A stretch of 64,000 nt of DNA from Paraspadella gotoi (GCA_051294375.1 CM119271.1:16516212-16580211); one strand, 5' to 3'. Positions 48,241 through 62,278 are shown, numbered from the stretch's first letter. Translations and numbers: made by a program. The notes: generated from the letters alone by a model not told the origin.

Positions 48241-50377
48241 CTTTTTCTGCATAATTTTCTCCCTTAATTTTTTTCCTTTGTCAGGTCAGCGACCTCTGGT
48301 ATCTCTTACCTAGGAGTGACCTTGTTTGACGTCATCTGAATCCGTACATCTGTTTTTTTATGCAAAGAAAATGAAAGAATTAAAGAAAGAAAGAAAGAAC
48401 AAAGGAAAGAAAGAAAGAAAAATAAAAAGTATAAAAGACAGAAAGCGAAATAGAATGAACAAAATGAAAAAGAGAAAAAGAAAAAGAAAGGAAGACAAAA
48501 AAATAATAAAATATTGAAGAAAAAAAAAGATAGAAAGAAAGAAAGAAAGAAAAAAAGAAAGAAAGACAAAAATAAAGGAAAACAAAACAAAAAATAAGGA
48601 AAGACAGAAAAAAAAAGAAAAATAGAAAGAGCAAAAGAAAAAAAAAGAAAGACAGAAGAATTACAAGAGCCAAAAGGAAAGGAAAACAAAGAAAAAAATA
48701 AAGAAAGAAGAAAGAAAGAAAGAAAGAAGAAAAGAAAGAAAGAAAGAAAGAAAGAAAAAGAAAGAAAGAAAGAAAGAAAGAAAAAGCAAAAAGGAGCAAA
48801 AGAAAGAAAGACAGAAAGATAAAGAAAGACTGAAGAAAGAGCAAAAGAAAGAGCAAAAGAAAGGCAAAAGAAAGAGCAAAAGAAAGCAAGCCATTTAAAA
48901 AAAGTCGGTACAAACTCAATTATCATCGAAGTCGCTTCCTCGTTTTTTCGTCGTCGCTCGAATCTCAATGGAGGAACAGGTTTCGATCGGCAGGCGTTGT
49001 TGTTTCGTCGTTGTTGTTGTTGTTGTTTGTTGTTGTTTCGTTGTTGACATCTTATCTTATCTTATCTTACTATATTTGGGATTTAAGAAAGAAATCTAAT
49101 CGAAACTTTTCATCCACATTTTCTTTGAACAAAAACGATCAATTTTTCAATTTTCTTTCTTTTATTTCTCTTCTCTTTCTTATCTTCTCTTCTCTTCTCT
49201 TCTCTCTTCTCTTCTCTTCTCTTCTCTCTCTTTCTCTCTCTTCTCTTCTCTTCTCTTTCTTCTCTTCTCTCTTTTTATTTTCCTTCCTTCACTTCTTTTC
49301 TCTATTCTATTCTATTCTATTCTATTATATTCTATTCTATGTATGTATGCTTTTCTGTTCTATGTAATTGTCTGATTTCTTATTTAATTTTTCTCCACGA
49401 ATTCCTTTTCTCTTTCCCTTTCCATTCTTTTCTTTCCTTCACTCTCTCTCCCTGTCCTTTTCCACTCCCTCTCCCTCTTTTATGCCCACTCCCTCTCTCT
49501 CTTTTTCTCTCACGAATTCAATTACTATCCGATTTGACTCGTAGTATCAACCACGGGATCCAAGCGCCTGACGAGGCCCGGATGTTCGGCCCCGGATGTT
49601 TAGCCATTGACAAAAAAGAGAAATAGTGAAATCTTTTTTTAAAAATCATTGATGTCGTAATCGTCGTCGTTGTTGTTGTTGTTTAGTTGTTGTTGTAGTT
49701 CAACTTCAACTTCTAATTTAAATTTTATTCGTTAAATTCATTTAAATTTAAGATGTGAAAGTTGCAGATCAAAATTTGAAAAGTTAATCATGAACAGTCT
49801 TAGAGTAAAAAACTTTGATATATAAAAAAAATTGTTTTTAAATTTCTCAATTTTCGTATACGACAATATTTATACATAGTACTTACCATAGAAAATGTTA
49901 AAATTTTAAAATAATGTTTCTTAATTTTGAAAGCAGATTCGAATTCCTCAAAAAAAAATTGATAAAAGAAAATATAAGTCTTAAACAAAAATGTTTTAAT
50001 TAAGTTTGCCAAAAAATTAAAAAACTATATTTTTTAAACTAAAATTTAATTATAATAGTTTTTTCCGATTTTGATCCACTTAATGAAATAATTTTCTAAA
50101 AAGAGTTATATTTCTTTATATCAACTTTTCGTAAGGAATTCTAATCTCCTTTTAAAAATAAGGAAAAAACATTTTTAACATTTTCTATGGTGAGTACTGT
50201 ATAAATATGGGCGTATGCAAAAATTGAAAAATAAATATTAAATTTTTTAATTTAAGAATGTTCACAGGTACTAGCCTGTTCGTGATCTACTATTTGAATT
50301 TTGATTCTACTTGATTTGAATATTTTTGCTACGCTTTAATATATATATTTATTTTTTTATTATTTATTATTTATTTT

Positions 50378-50477
<100 letters not shown>

Positions 50478-50643
50478 ATTTACCTCTTTATCGTTTTTTA
50501 TCAACTTAGGATTTATCAATTCCCACATCAAAATAAACTTGTACATGGTGTCAATATAAATCGATTTTTATATGTCTTGACAAAAATAGATTTGAAAATC
50601 TTTGAAAATTTTGAATAAGATCATATTAATATTATTAATATTA

Positions 50644-50679
<36 letters not shown>

Positions 50680-50913
50680 GTTGTTGTTGTTGTGTGTTGT
50701 TGTTGTTGTTGTTGTTATTATTATTATTATTATTTGTATTATTATTAATATTATTATATCTGAAAGCAAATATGTAGAGAATGAGTTACTTAGTACGAAT
50801 ATTTAAGTATAAAACTTAACCTGCCATCTTTAATGTAATTAGGATAATAAAAACCGAGACAACTTTCAAAAAATAAATAGCTAAAAGGCAAATTTATGAT
50901 TATTATTAAATTG

Positions 50914-51136
50914 TGATTAGCTATTTTAGCAGATTCGAAAACGAAAGTTTTAGTATTTTTTTACAACGATTTTTATTTACAAAATATTGGACATGTTTCG
51001 ACTCTTGTCGACATGTCCAATATTTTGTAAATAAAAATCGTTGTAAAAAAATACTAAAACTTTCGTTTTCGAATCTGCTATCTTATTGAACAACGAAAAG
51101 AGAGAAAAAAAAATTACACAATGATTAGCTATTTTA
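50914..51136. mobile_element. Palindromic Penelope-like insertion with a 15-bp TSD and a half hammerhead
   Basis: Arms are at ~50927-50996 and ~51011-51080. The minus-strand centre reads GAC-aaga-GTC-GAAA-CATG-TC-CAA, and the tail is caacgaaaagaga. TSD tgattagctatttta is at 50914-50928 and 51122-51136. Confidence 0.75.
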
Positions 51137-52930
51137 AATAATTTTTTTCTTGGGTATTATCATGATACCCCAATAAATGATGACTCTTTAAAATATAATA
51201 ATTTAAACAGGTTATATATGTTAAAAACAGATTTAAAATTTTGGATAATTCAATTTCTATTTTCTTATTTGAACAGAGGCTGGGCAGGTTAACTTTTTTA
51301 TTAGAGCTTTAATAAGCAAATCAGCTTTCAGAAGATATTATTATTAATAAGATTTTAAATAATATTTTTTTTAAAAACGTACTTGAAGTTAAATAAAAAA
51401 AATAAAATTTAGAAATAATGAGTTAAACAATGAAAGCCCATTTTTAGAGCTAACTTTGTCCACTTTGTCAAGGCATATTTTAACTGATGAATAAGAAATT
51501 TTTACACAGTTTGGTATTTTCCACTAAACCCATTTTTTAAATTAATGAAGTGCGCAATGGCAGCGCTTTTTTAGCTGGGGGTTTAAAATTGTTATCATGT
51601 ACAATGGTACATCCTTAACGGTCCCGTAACTTGACAGAGAATGTTCTTGACGATTTCCAAATAGACAAAAAATTATAAAATTACTCTGAGAGTGAATAAA
51701 CGTGACTGTGAGTCTTGATTGAAAGCTTGCAGGGACCTGCTATGTCATTATCTTGTAAGAGTGATGGAGGCCTTAAACCACCATAGCCTGTCCAAAGTCA
51801 GGGGCAGGATAGCTTATTTATTAAATGAATGAAAATTTTTTATATTGGTTGTAACAATTTCATATAATAATTAATATTAATAATAATAAATATATAATAA
51901 ATTATAAATGCGCGTTATCTTGCATTTTGTCCTCTTTCTAAACTCAACGCAATAATATATTTATTTAATTTTCTACTCTTGAAAACTTGAACCGATTCGA
52001 TGTTTTAAACAGAAACAAAACCAGTGGCTGCGCTAATAGATGTAAATCACTTTCAAGGGCTTAAACTGAACTGTTACTGTGGCACTAATAATATTTTTCT
52101 ACTTGCAAAAATATTTTATAAATCAAAATAATATTATTTTTGTTTCGATATATTGTATATGATTAAAATGCTTTGATCATTACATAGAATAAGAAAAAGA
52201 ATAAACTAAAAAATTGCTATTTTGTTGAAGAGCAGGTGGAAGTGAAGATCTAGTGGGTAAAGATTAAGTATATTTTGAATGTCCTTTTGTCTTATAAAAG
52301 CTTCCTTTGAAGAGACAGTAATAATTAGGCCGGAACAGGTTGAAAACTAGAAGTTCTCTCAAATAAATAATGGTTAAGTGACTGTTAAAGAATATGAAAA
52401 TGAAAATAATTTTTAAAATTTATCTTATTAATTAGCGCACGGAAGCATTTAAAGATTATTTTATTACTATATAAAATTTAAAATTTTTTTAAAATTTTTT
52501 AATTTTTTTAATAGATTCTGATAGAGCTTTAAAACGTTAGATAAAGGTTATTAATAAAAATTTTTAAAATTTTGTTGTTTTATGGATGAAAATTTTAAAA
52601 AACCATAAAATTCAGCCGATGATAATGATGATGATGATTTTTTAAGGTTTTTTCTATTTTTATCCAATTTATTGTCAAAATTTTAAAAAATTGTAGTACT
52701 AACCTTCATTTAACTTTTTAAGCTTTATAGGAATCCGTTTTTAAAAAATTTTGTTATTTGTTATATATTAATAAATATTTAAAAGCTTCAACAACCCAAT
52801 GAACTAATTCAAAAAGTTGCATTGAAAATCGATTTAGTAATAGAAGGAAAAAATAAATTTTTTTGAAAGAACTAGAAGTTATAAAGTGTTAAATTTTGGC
52901 CCGCCTTAGTAATTATTGCTATGAATTAGT

Positions 52931-53133
52931 GACAGAACCGTTCAATATAAGCAGTACCTGAGCTTCAGATCAGGCTGTAACACTGTGTTACAGGCGGGTT
53001 AAGTGCCCCGTCCCTTTTAACTGCTCGGCAACCACCGGGCTAGAACCCTGGACCTTTGGGTTGGCAGGCGAATGACTTGCCTCTGGCACCAATGGCCGCT
53101 GATGAACGATTGGTGGATTTCAGTCCACCATAC
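52931..53133 (-). mobile_element. Solo or partial LTR of TRIM family A
   Basis: Reverse-complement match to 8899-9100, including the tRNA-like module and the tggtggac..atccacca hairpin. Confidence 0.8.
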
Positions 53134-53876
53134 CTTCTTTGTAAAGCCCTGGAGTAGAATAGGATGAAAACTATTTCTGTAGAAAATAAAGGGAAAATGC
53201 TCATAGTAGAGAAATTAAGAGACAAATCCTCCTAGTAGGAAGATATAGACGGAAAAAAAAGAAAAAAAAAGAAACTAAATGGTACAATTTCAGAGGTTAA
53301 GTGATTCACAATATAGTTCACCATTGCTACAGTCACTGTCATTTTGTGCAGGGGCGGCGAGAGAAATGGCCGCCCCCCCCCTGCTCTCGATAATTTTAGT
53401 TTTTAGTTTTCGATTACAGACTTTCTGCTTTGAGAATTTCTCCAGTGCTCAAACTTCTGCCTCCTCTTCTTTTTATCTTCTTTTTTTCTTCTTTTTTTCC
53501 TACTTTTTTCTCTCTTCTCAGGGCCATCCCGGGCCCTCCGCCTGAAACGAATGAAATCCTCCCTCTCACCGCCCCTGATTTTGTGAGATTAGCGAGAAGA
53601 CAAATTTGTATTGATTTAAAGATAGAAAAAATCACAGAATCACAGATTCAAAGTTCAAAGAGCGTTTGTGAATGAAAGACATACAAATACATAGAAGCAG
53701 AAAACAGAAGGCAAACGAAAACTTATACGCGCTTCAATGTAAAAAAAAAGAAAGAAAAGAGAGAGAGAGAGAGACGAGAGATGAGAGGAGAGACGAGGAG
53801 AGGAGGAGAGAGAGAGAAGAGTAGAGAGAGAGAGAGAGAGATATTTTATTTTTTTCTCGATCAAAGACAAAGAAAT

Positions 53877-56800
53877 TCAAGCCTTTAAATCAAACTTGAT
53901 CACGTGACATGGATGCGTAGTTGTTTCCTTGTCGACGTATCCGCCGAAACAAAAGGCGCCAATGACTCGGTTCCGCTTCTTAACGGCGACAGCGGCGTGC
54001 AGCATCAGTCCGCCGCCGTCGACGCAGAGCTCCGCCGGAAGGTCGGGCTCATCTTTCCAAGTCGAGTTTCTGGTTTCAGGTGGTGGTGGGGTTCAAAGAA
54101 ATATTATATTTAGTTATTTGATGACTTTAATCTGTGATTTATTTGTGATCACTCTGTATTAAAAAGTCGTGAATGCGTCGTGTACGCATCCAGAAAAAAA
54201 ATCTTAAAAGTAGTATTGATCGAGCCTGCTAGCTATTAAAGAAAATCAATGAAAAAATCCGGAAAAAAAACCAATGCTTGATGCGATAACGAATTATTAA
54301 TGTAATAGTAAATTATTGATGTAATAGGATATATTGATTGTGATGATAACCAATTATTGACGCGATTTGATAACCAAATATTGATGCGATATTATCCAAT
54401 AATTGATGCGATGATAACCAAATGATTGATGTGATGATAACCAAATGATTGATGTGATGATAACCAAATGATTGATGCGATGATAGTCATCATTGATGTG
54501 ATGATAATCATTCATCGATACGATAATAGTCATTCATTGACGCGATGAAACATTCATCGTAAATAAAACAAACAAATGCGTGTATGAGTGAAGAGAAGAG
54601 AAAGAGAGAGAGAAAGAGAAAGAAAGAGAGAGAGAAAGAAAGAGAATAAATCCACGAAAATCTCGGATGTAAATTTGGGATTTTGTATTGAAAAAAAAGC
54701 GCGGATTGAGGCGACTTACCACCGGTCTCTCTCTCTTAACCCTTCCTCTCTCCTCTTTATCCGAGCCGGTCTATCCACACGGTCACTTTGCCCTCGTCTT
54801 TGGCAATGACCTTAGATTGACCGGACACAGGAATAGGGCCGAGGCGACCGTAAGGTCAAGTTGGTCCGGGCGATGATAAAAGTGGATCAGGAGAGAGCTC
54901 GTCTCACTTCTTTTCTAATTCTCTTACATCGTCACAATTCTTCACCTTCTCCTCACTTTTATTATTACTATTTTCGTCTTCTACAGGATTAAATTTTTTC
55001 AAAAAACGAACGATCACGCAAGAGATCGTACAGTGAGAGAGAGACAGAGAGAAAGACAGAGGAAAGACAGAGAGAAACAGAGAGAGACAGAGAGAAGAAA
55101 GCTGGACAGCCGCTGGAAGGCAGCTGTACAGTCACTGCATAGCCTGAACTCGTTTTTAAACGGTTCAGATAAGGCAGCGCCTGACAAAAATAAGAAGAAA
55201 AATATATATAAAAGAAAGGCAAAAAAATGTTACAATTTTTTCCAATCATAGCTTGTAAAAGATTTTATTTTTATTTGTATTAAAATTAAGATATAGCTGC
55301 TCATTAAAAAGGTCTTTTTATTTCTCATGTTTTTTATTGTTTCAAAGATTTCTTTATGAATTTCATCTTCAATGTTATTTACTGCAATATGTAAATAAGA
55401 TTAAAGCGTTTCTATAAAATAATTTGGATATTATATTGAGTACTATAATCTCATTTGAATATGGCAGTAAATCATAATGAAGTGGAAATTCAAACAAAAA
55501 ATAATTGAATCAAATGTAATATTTAATATTTAATATTTTTAACTTACTATGATCACACACTTTTGTAAAACTTTATCATAATTCATAATAATTTTTATTT
55601 AAAAAAAAACGGTAAGTCCCAGCCAAACCTATAAAATCGTAGTAGTTTTTATATAAAAACAGCGTGACGCCGACGACGACGACGACGACGCCGACGACGA
55701 CGACGACGACGACGACTACGTCACAAAGAAGCAATCCTAAAACATTAAATAGAGCCAGGACCTGGCTCGATAAAAAGCGGCTGGAAGGCAAGCGCACCAG
55801 TGGTTTTGATGTAAAGTATTATCAATTTGCCTTTTTGGAACTTAAACGTCAGGGAATTTACTAATAAAATGATCAAATATCAATCATATTCAATCAGTTA
55901 ATAGTAATAACAAATATTTTCATTTCACTCCCATTTAAAATCCGAGTATAATCTATGTTTCGACTACTTAATATTAATTGTAAAATAATGTTTCATTGAA
56001 TTAATACTATTAATCTCTTCAGTTAAATAACTAATCCCCTCGTTTCAAACCTCGCATCATAGATCCCGACTTTTTTAGAAATTTGACCAAGCTTGCTGCC
56101 CCCAACGACCAGAAACTTTGACCCAGTGATCGGGGTCATCGTTTGGGTGCAGATTGATCGCCCTATTCCCGTATCAGTCAGTCGACTCCAGGCTGCGGTC
56201 TTCATCTCAAGGGAGAAAAAACCCTCGGCAATTTCTTCTCCACAGATTCCACCGTGGAGAAAAACCTTGGTTCTGAGCCGGGCCACGCCAAAGTTGGCTC
56301 TGGGAGAGGGAGGTGTACCGGATGTCTCCGGCAGGGAAAAGTTGTTGGGCCCTGGATCATAGCGGAGCAATTGGTTGTTGGCAAAGCGGCCTGGTTGCCC
56401 TTCCCATTGAGACCAGTCGCCGCCCTGGAGACGGGGTACAAAAAAGGTTGTCTTTAGTTTTTAAAAATACATATACTCACATATCTCGTACTACAAGCAC
56501 ACTTCAATAAAATTCTTTGATAAAATCAATTTTTTCAATATATCTATCACTATTTACTTTTTTAAATGTGCTACCTGGAGAAATCCTGCAAATGTGAGTC
56601 CAAGCTTTGGCCCACAGCCACCAAAATAGTACAAAGCACCTTCATATTCCCAGCCACAAAGGTGGCTTCTTGGAGCTGGGAGTTGGCCAACGGGATTGAT
56701 CTTTTCAAACCTCCCTGTTAGATCGAGGGTATAAAGCTTATTGGAAGCTTTGCCCTCAGCAAGCCCACCAAATAGGTAGATGGATTCTTTAGTTGCAACG

Positions 56801-59691
56801 CCTATGGCTGAGGTTGTTGGCGGTGGCACATCGCCTGATGCTTTGATTCGTTGCCAAGAGTTGTCCTTTGGATCCATGACAAAAAGGTCAACAGGTAGAA
56901 AAAAAAGTGCTCCATTTGGCTGCTCTTGATATCCTCCCCAAATATAAATCTTTCCCTTGAAGGAAACTGCGATTATCCCGACGCCAATCGGGAATCGATT
57001 TGCTGTCGCGTGATGCGAGCGGAAGATCGGAGGAGCCTCAACCAATTCCACTGGAATAGGATCAGGCAGCCGAATGGTCCGTGCATGGAAAGTTGAACCT
57101 TAAAATTTAAAATTTATAAATAATTACACTAAAGTATCATTGTTCATATCTTTACCTTTGAGGCAAATCATGGGCATTCTTAGAATAAATGTGGAGTTTC
57201 CTGTAGCATGTTCTTGAACCGTGAAACTATCCTTTTCGTGCAAGCACAAAAAAAAGAAATCGTCAGAAATAAAAAAAATTTTATGGATGTAAAACAACTC
57301 TTCATGGGGCCAACTTTGCTCTGAAAATGTATACTCTGCCACAAAAGCAAATTGAGCTAATTTCTTGACAAGTTTACGAGGTAAGGCGCACAAAGTACAG
57401 AATGTAGCCACTAAATGTGATCTTAAATGCTCGTAAAACTCCTGGTTTATTTTGTTTTGCAGAATAGTCACTTCTTCTGGAGAAAAAAAAGATTCTCCCC
57501 TTGTCTGGACATATCTTATGACCTCAGATGCCATGAGTATGCATGATGATTTTTTAATTACAATTTTTATCATCTGAACTATGATTTGCCAGCATCTCCA
57601 TCTTGTGAACGATTTGGAAGAATCAAAAATGTATTTCACATATTCTACAAACGCGGTGGATGAGTGTTTCTTCTTAAACATATCCTTAAGTAACAAGGTT
57701 GAAGCGCACCTCAATACATTGATATGCTTTTGCCCAATGTTTGAGCGAACAACCTCTTTACCAATTGGTGAAGAATTCGTGATGAGGAAAATACCAATGA
57801 TAAGTTCCTCCAATTTTTTGTCAATGACATAAAAGGAAGACCATGATTTAGTTCCTTGGTCAACCACAACTTGATGTAGTATGGCCAGCCTGCAAGCGAT
57901 ACTAGCTTGGTCTTGTGTAAGCGACTTCTCCAGCTTTTCATAAAATCTATCCTCAGATATATAAAAATCACTTCTCAGAAATACTTTGCCAAGGGCAGCC
58001 AGGATACGAATATTTTCAGTGAGAAGCACCATCGTGCCTCTTCTGTACAATTTATCCATATCCTCTCCCAAACGACCAATTTCTTGTTTGATCGTCATGG
58101 CCAGAATGTGAAGGAAGCCCCCCAGCTCATCTGAGATTGTTCTGTCATCAAAAATCGCGCAAATCATAACTAGAAACATTGGAAAAGTCATTAAGTTGAT
58201 CATGGAGGAACTGCTTTTGTACTTTTGTCTAATTGCTTCACGTTTTTTATCCTGGTCATCGCAAAACTGAAAACGATTCACAAATTCTAAACTGTGGTCT
58301 TTGGATAAAGGCGCAATAGTAAACTCTGTCACATCAGCCACAATTCCTTTGAGCAAGTCTCTGGATTTTGGTCGAGTGAGAAACAAAAAAGAACTGCTGC
58401 CAAAGACCGATGAACCAGAAATGTTTTTCCGTAGAAAATTCCTAGCAATGGGTTTGGATGAACAATCATCCAACCCATCAAGTATCCAGAGCAAGTTTGA
58501 TGACTTATTGATCAACGTTTCATGCAAGTTGCTGTAATTTTCTAAATGATGGTGTTGAATAATAATATTTTCAAACAAATCCTTTGAAAAATCGAGATGT
58601 TTAATCATTAAGTGGAAAACCATGAAAAAGCTCGTCAAGCATTCATCATTGGCCCATTTGTAGGTTATGTTTTTGGCAACTGTGGTTTTTCCAAAGCCAC
58701 CATTGGCACAGATCAGCAGTTTTAGACTTTTTTGATTTTCAATCTCGGACACGAGACCCTGGAAAAAGCAGTCAATTGTCGTTGTGCTTTCCAGCCTTGG
58801 TTTCCAAGTGGTTTTTCCCAAAACTTCATCATCATCGTCACTATCCTCATCGAGGCAAAGATTTTGCTTTTCCATTTCATTGGTAATTTTTTTGAAACCA
58901 ACGTCAATGTAATCTTTGGATACGTCCAGCTGTTGCCTCGATCCTGGCACGTAGAAGATCTTGCACATTTGCTTCACATCTTCTTTGAAATCCTTTGACA
59001 TTTCCGCAGAATCTTTGAACTCTTTGCTTTTTCTTGATGGTACCTGATTCAAAGGATACAGCGTCTTTAAATTTTGATGCGATAATCCTTTCCTTAGCTG
59101 AGGCGCTTTTTCTCTCTTCATAAAATTTTCAAAATCTGTGTTGTACATTTCTAAGAGAAGCGCATAAATTTGTTCCATTCGATCCTGGTTATGAATTTCT
59201 TCCAGAAGAAGTTTGGTCAAATATTCCTCCCACTTTTGGCGAATATCAGGATAATCTTGGAACAGTTCCCGACAAATGACGACAATCTCGCCAAAGGCAA
59301 CAACAAAGTTCAAAACATTCATCTCCTTAACGTTTGTATGGGCGTATTCGTTCCGTTTGTCCTTCAGCTTCTTTAGAAGTTCCAGGTTTTTCACGAACTT
59401 TTGCAGAACGTGATAAAGGAAAGTAACGTCGGCTTGGTCCAAATCGGGAACGTCTTCGCCTTCGAATTTGATGGTCGACATTTTGTTGGCGAACCTGAAC
59501 TTCTTGATGTGCTCGATGTTCTCCACGCACCACTTTTTCCACAATTCCCCGTCTTCCCATGGTTGCTCTGTGTGACGAGGGAGTTCGACTTGGACCAAGT
59601 CTTTGAGGATCAAGGGACTTCCCTCAAACGAAAATTGCAAGAGTTTCAGATGAAATAATTTGTTGGAGGCGAGTGGATTCTTGTCCGTCAT
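53877..59691 (-). CDS. NLR-like STAND protein (~1217 aa): DZIP3/hRUL138-type HEPN, NACHT NTPase, helical region, six-blade KLHDC1/2-like Kelch propeller
   Basis: Exons are 59691-57156, 57098-56575, 56451-56051 and 54069-53877. Introns are GT-AG with phases 1/0/2, and the total is 3654 nt. Motifs: HEPN DLDQADVTFLYHVL..LKDKRNEYAH, Walker A ANGGFGKTT, Walker B LLWILDGLDD, sensor-1 FLFLTRP and motif FPMFLVMIC. The six Kelch GG motifs are IYIWGG, IYLFGG, LYYFGG, VFLHGG, FLVVGG and AFCFGG. Confidence 0.88.
54330..54548. repeat. 22-bp tandem repeat (ttgatgtgatgataaccaaatga) in the last intron of the NLR-like gene
   Basis: About 9-10 visible degenerate units. Confidence 0.8.
54708..54825. mobile_element. 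Second copy, with one TIR, of the TG..CA MITE at 22880-23031
   Basis: tgaggcgacttaccaccggtctctctctc..ccacacggtcactttgccct..ggcaatgaccttagattgaccgg is the reverse-complement match to that element. Confidence 0.7.
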
Positions 59692-60380
59692 GATGGAAGC
59701 TCTGTCGTGATAAGAGTGGTCATAGGAAAGTCGATGCGCAAAATATACTTTTCATTACACATATGTATCCAATATCAAATTGAAACCGAAGAAAAATGTA
59801 ATGATTCAACTAGGTAGAAGATAAATATTTTCATTGTATTCATTCAGTACATTTAGTATTATCATAATGATACAAACTGTCAATTTAAAAGCAACAACAC
59901 ATTTTAAAAACCATCCAATTTAAGTTAAAGCTACAAAATTATTAAAAATGAAGAATTATGTTCTTTTCTTTATTTTAACTTGGTTCCGCCTCCCAAATTT
60001 TTTGGTAGATAAGTAAAAATAAATAAGTAAAAGATCAAATGTTTAAGATAAGTGATAAGAGGTCATCATAACTTTTGTGCCGAGTCTCACAACCTTGGAC
60101 TAAGTAGTGGTCGATCTTATCAAATGCACTTTGACTTTCAGTTTAATTTTAAGTTCTCTGAAAGATTTTGATTAAAGAATTAACATTAACATTAACAATC
60201 GGTTATATTGTTAATCATTTAAGAATAAAAAATGGGTTAAGAAATAAGAAGATTGGTTATAACGAAATTTCCTTTTCAATGACTCTACTAAAAACTTTCT
60301 TTACATTGCGTGATTTCAGATTAAGAAGGGGAGAGAGAAAAAGAGAAAGAGAGAGAAAAAGAGCGAGTACTAGAGACAAG

Positions 60381-60436
<56 letters not shown>

Positions 60437-61139
60437 GAAAAAAATTAGTGAAGAGTCTGGAAAGAAAGAGGGGCCGAGAGGCGGTCGTCTTAATCAAAAC
60501 CCTTTTATCATTGCGGACTCAGCATTAAGTATTCATGGTCATTAATTGGAAGGTCTCTGTGGGGGACAAGGGGGTGATAAAGGAAAGGAAGGAAAGGAAG
60601 GAAAAAAAGGAAAAAGAGGAAAGAAAGAAAAGTGAAAAAAATAAAGGATGAAGAGGGATGATAAACAAAAGAGAAGACTAAAAAAGGTGGGGTCTGGAGG
60701 GGCTTGATAAAAAGAAGAGAAGATTTAAAAAGGTGGGGTCTGGAGGGGCTTGCTAAATTATAGAAAGGATCTTGAAGGGAGATTTAAAAAGTTTGATCTG
60801 GAGGAAAATGAAAAAAAATAAGCTCTCTTTTCCGAGAGTGCTCCATTTCTGTTCGTTTATCCCAGAATTTAATTTTAACCTCAAGAGATAACCTAAATAT
60901 ATTTTTGAACTTATAGACAAATCCTTAAATCTAACTGTAATCCTTTTTCCTAATCCTGAACCCTACTCCTGCACCCTAATCCTGAACCCTTATCCCTAAT
61001 TTTTTAACCTTAACCTCTAAACCTTAACAATAGTCCTTAACCCAAATCCATAACTCTAATGAAGAACCAAATCCCTAACCTTAATCACTAACCTAATCCC
61101 TAAATAAAATGGGGCATCCAGTGAAAATAAGGTTAAAAA

Positions 61140-61358
61140 GGCTTGGGTCTGGAGGGAGACAAATAAAATAGACTTTGGGTCTAGCGGAGGAGGATAAAAA
61201 AAGACTTGTGGGTCTTGAGGGTTGAGGTCTTGTGGTCTTGAGGTCTTGAGGGGTGTCGGTAAAAATATTTGGGATCTGGAAGGGGGTGATAAAAAAATTT
61301 GGGATCTGGAAGGGGGTGATAAAAATATTTGGGATCTAGAAGGGGGTGATAAAAAAAG
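61140..61358. repeat. 30-bp tandem repeat (tttgggatctggaagggggtgataaaaaaa)
   Basis: Three near-perfect units plus degenerate ones. Related units lie at 60680-60800. Confidence 0.75.
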
Positions 61359-62227
61359 GCTGGCAACGACGAAAAACGGATTATTGCGCCACAAGAGAAT
61401 TCCGGAGGCTGAAAGAAATGTGAGGAGGAAGAGGGTGAAGAGGAGGACAAAGAGGAGAAAGAGGAGGAGGAAGAAGAGGAGGAGCGAGAAGAGGAAGAGG
61501 AAGAAGAGGAGGAGGTAAAGGAAGAAGATGAAGAGGAAGAAAAGAAAGAGGAGGAAGAAGAGGAAAAGGAGGAAGAGAAAGAGGAGGAAGAGAAGGAGGA
61601 GGAAGAGGAAGAAGAAGGGAAGAGGAGGAAAAAGAAGAGGAAGAGGAGGAGGAAGAGGATGAAGAAAATGAAGAGGAGGAGGAAGATGAGGGAGAAGAGG
61701 AGGATACATAAAGAGCGAAACTCTAGCAAATGATGGAGAAGAAATTGATGCGGAAGGACAAAGAATGAATGCTGGGGAACAGATTTTGATGGAGTCGGCG
61801 ACGGAAATGATGTGAACGATGGAGAAAGGATGGACATTGTGACATTGATTTGGGCAAGGAGGAAACATGGTGACATGATTTGGGCAAGGCGGAAACATGT
61901 TGACAATGATCCATACATAATGATGTACACGCTGATGCCGAAAAAAATAACTCGAAGCCGCAAATGACTACTTACTATTGACCACTGACCATACCAGTCT
62001 TCACCAAGATTTTAGTCACCCTAAGTTAGGGCCTAACACTGGATGCAGTTTCCACTGGCAAATCGAATGGAGCTTTCTCTAGAAATGAGGGAGAGACAGC
62101 TTTTCAGTCAAGTCAGCGATTTCGCTGAGACTCAGTCTCACTTTTCTGGAATCAAAACTGAAAATGTCTTCGTCGTTGGGATACTTTTTTCGCTCCACGT
62201 GATTTTAAAAGTTTTTGACGCGATAGA

Positions 62228-62278
<51 letters not shown>

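Noticed and set aside
48310-48349. Isolated 40-nt minus-strand exon candidate (cag|ATGTACGG...CCTAG|gtaag)
   Set aside because: The splice signals are good, but I could not join it into a coherent reading frame with neighbouring segments, so it is left unassigned.
49565-49602. ctgacgaggcc...ggcc hammerhead-like string
   Set aside because: There is no GAAA after stem II. A 12-bp tandem duplication explains the pattern.
54330-54548. Regularly spaced repeats as a CRISPR array
   Set aside because: These are contiguous tandem units with no unique spacers, in a eukaryotic intron.
61056-61963. 280-aa and 260-aa minus-strand ORFs
   Set aside because: They are dominated by GAG/GAA low complexity and a 30-bp tandem repeat. 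No domain or convincing splice structure was found, although a coding role cannot be fully excluded.
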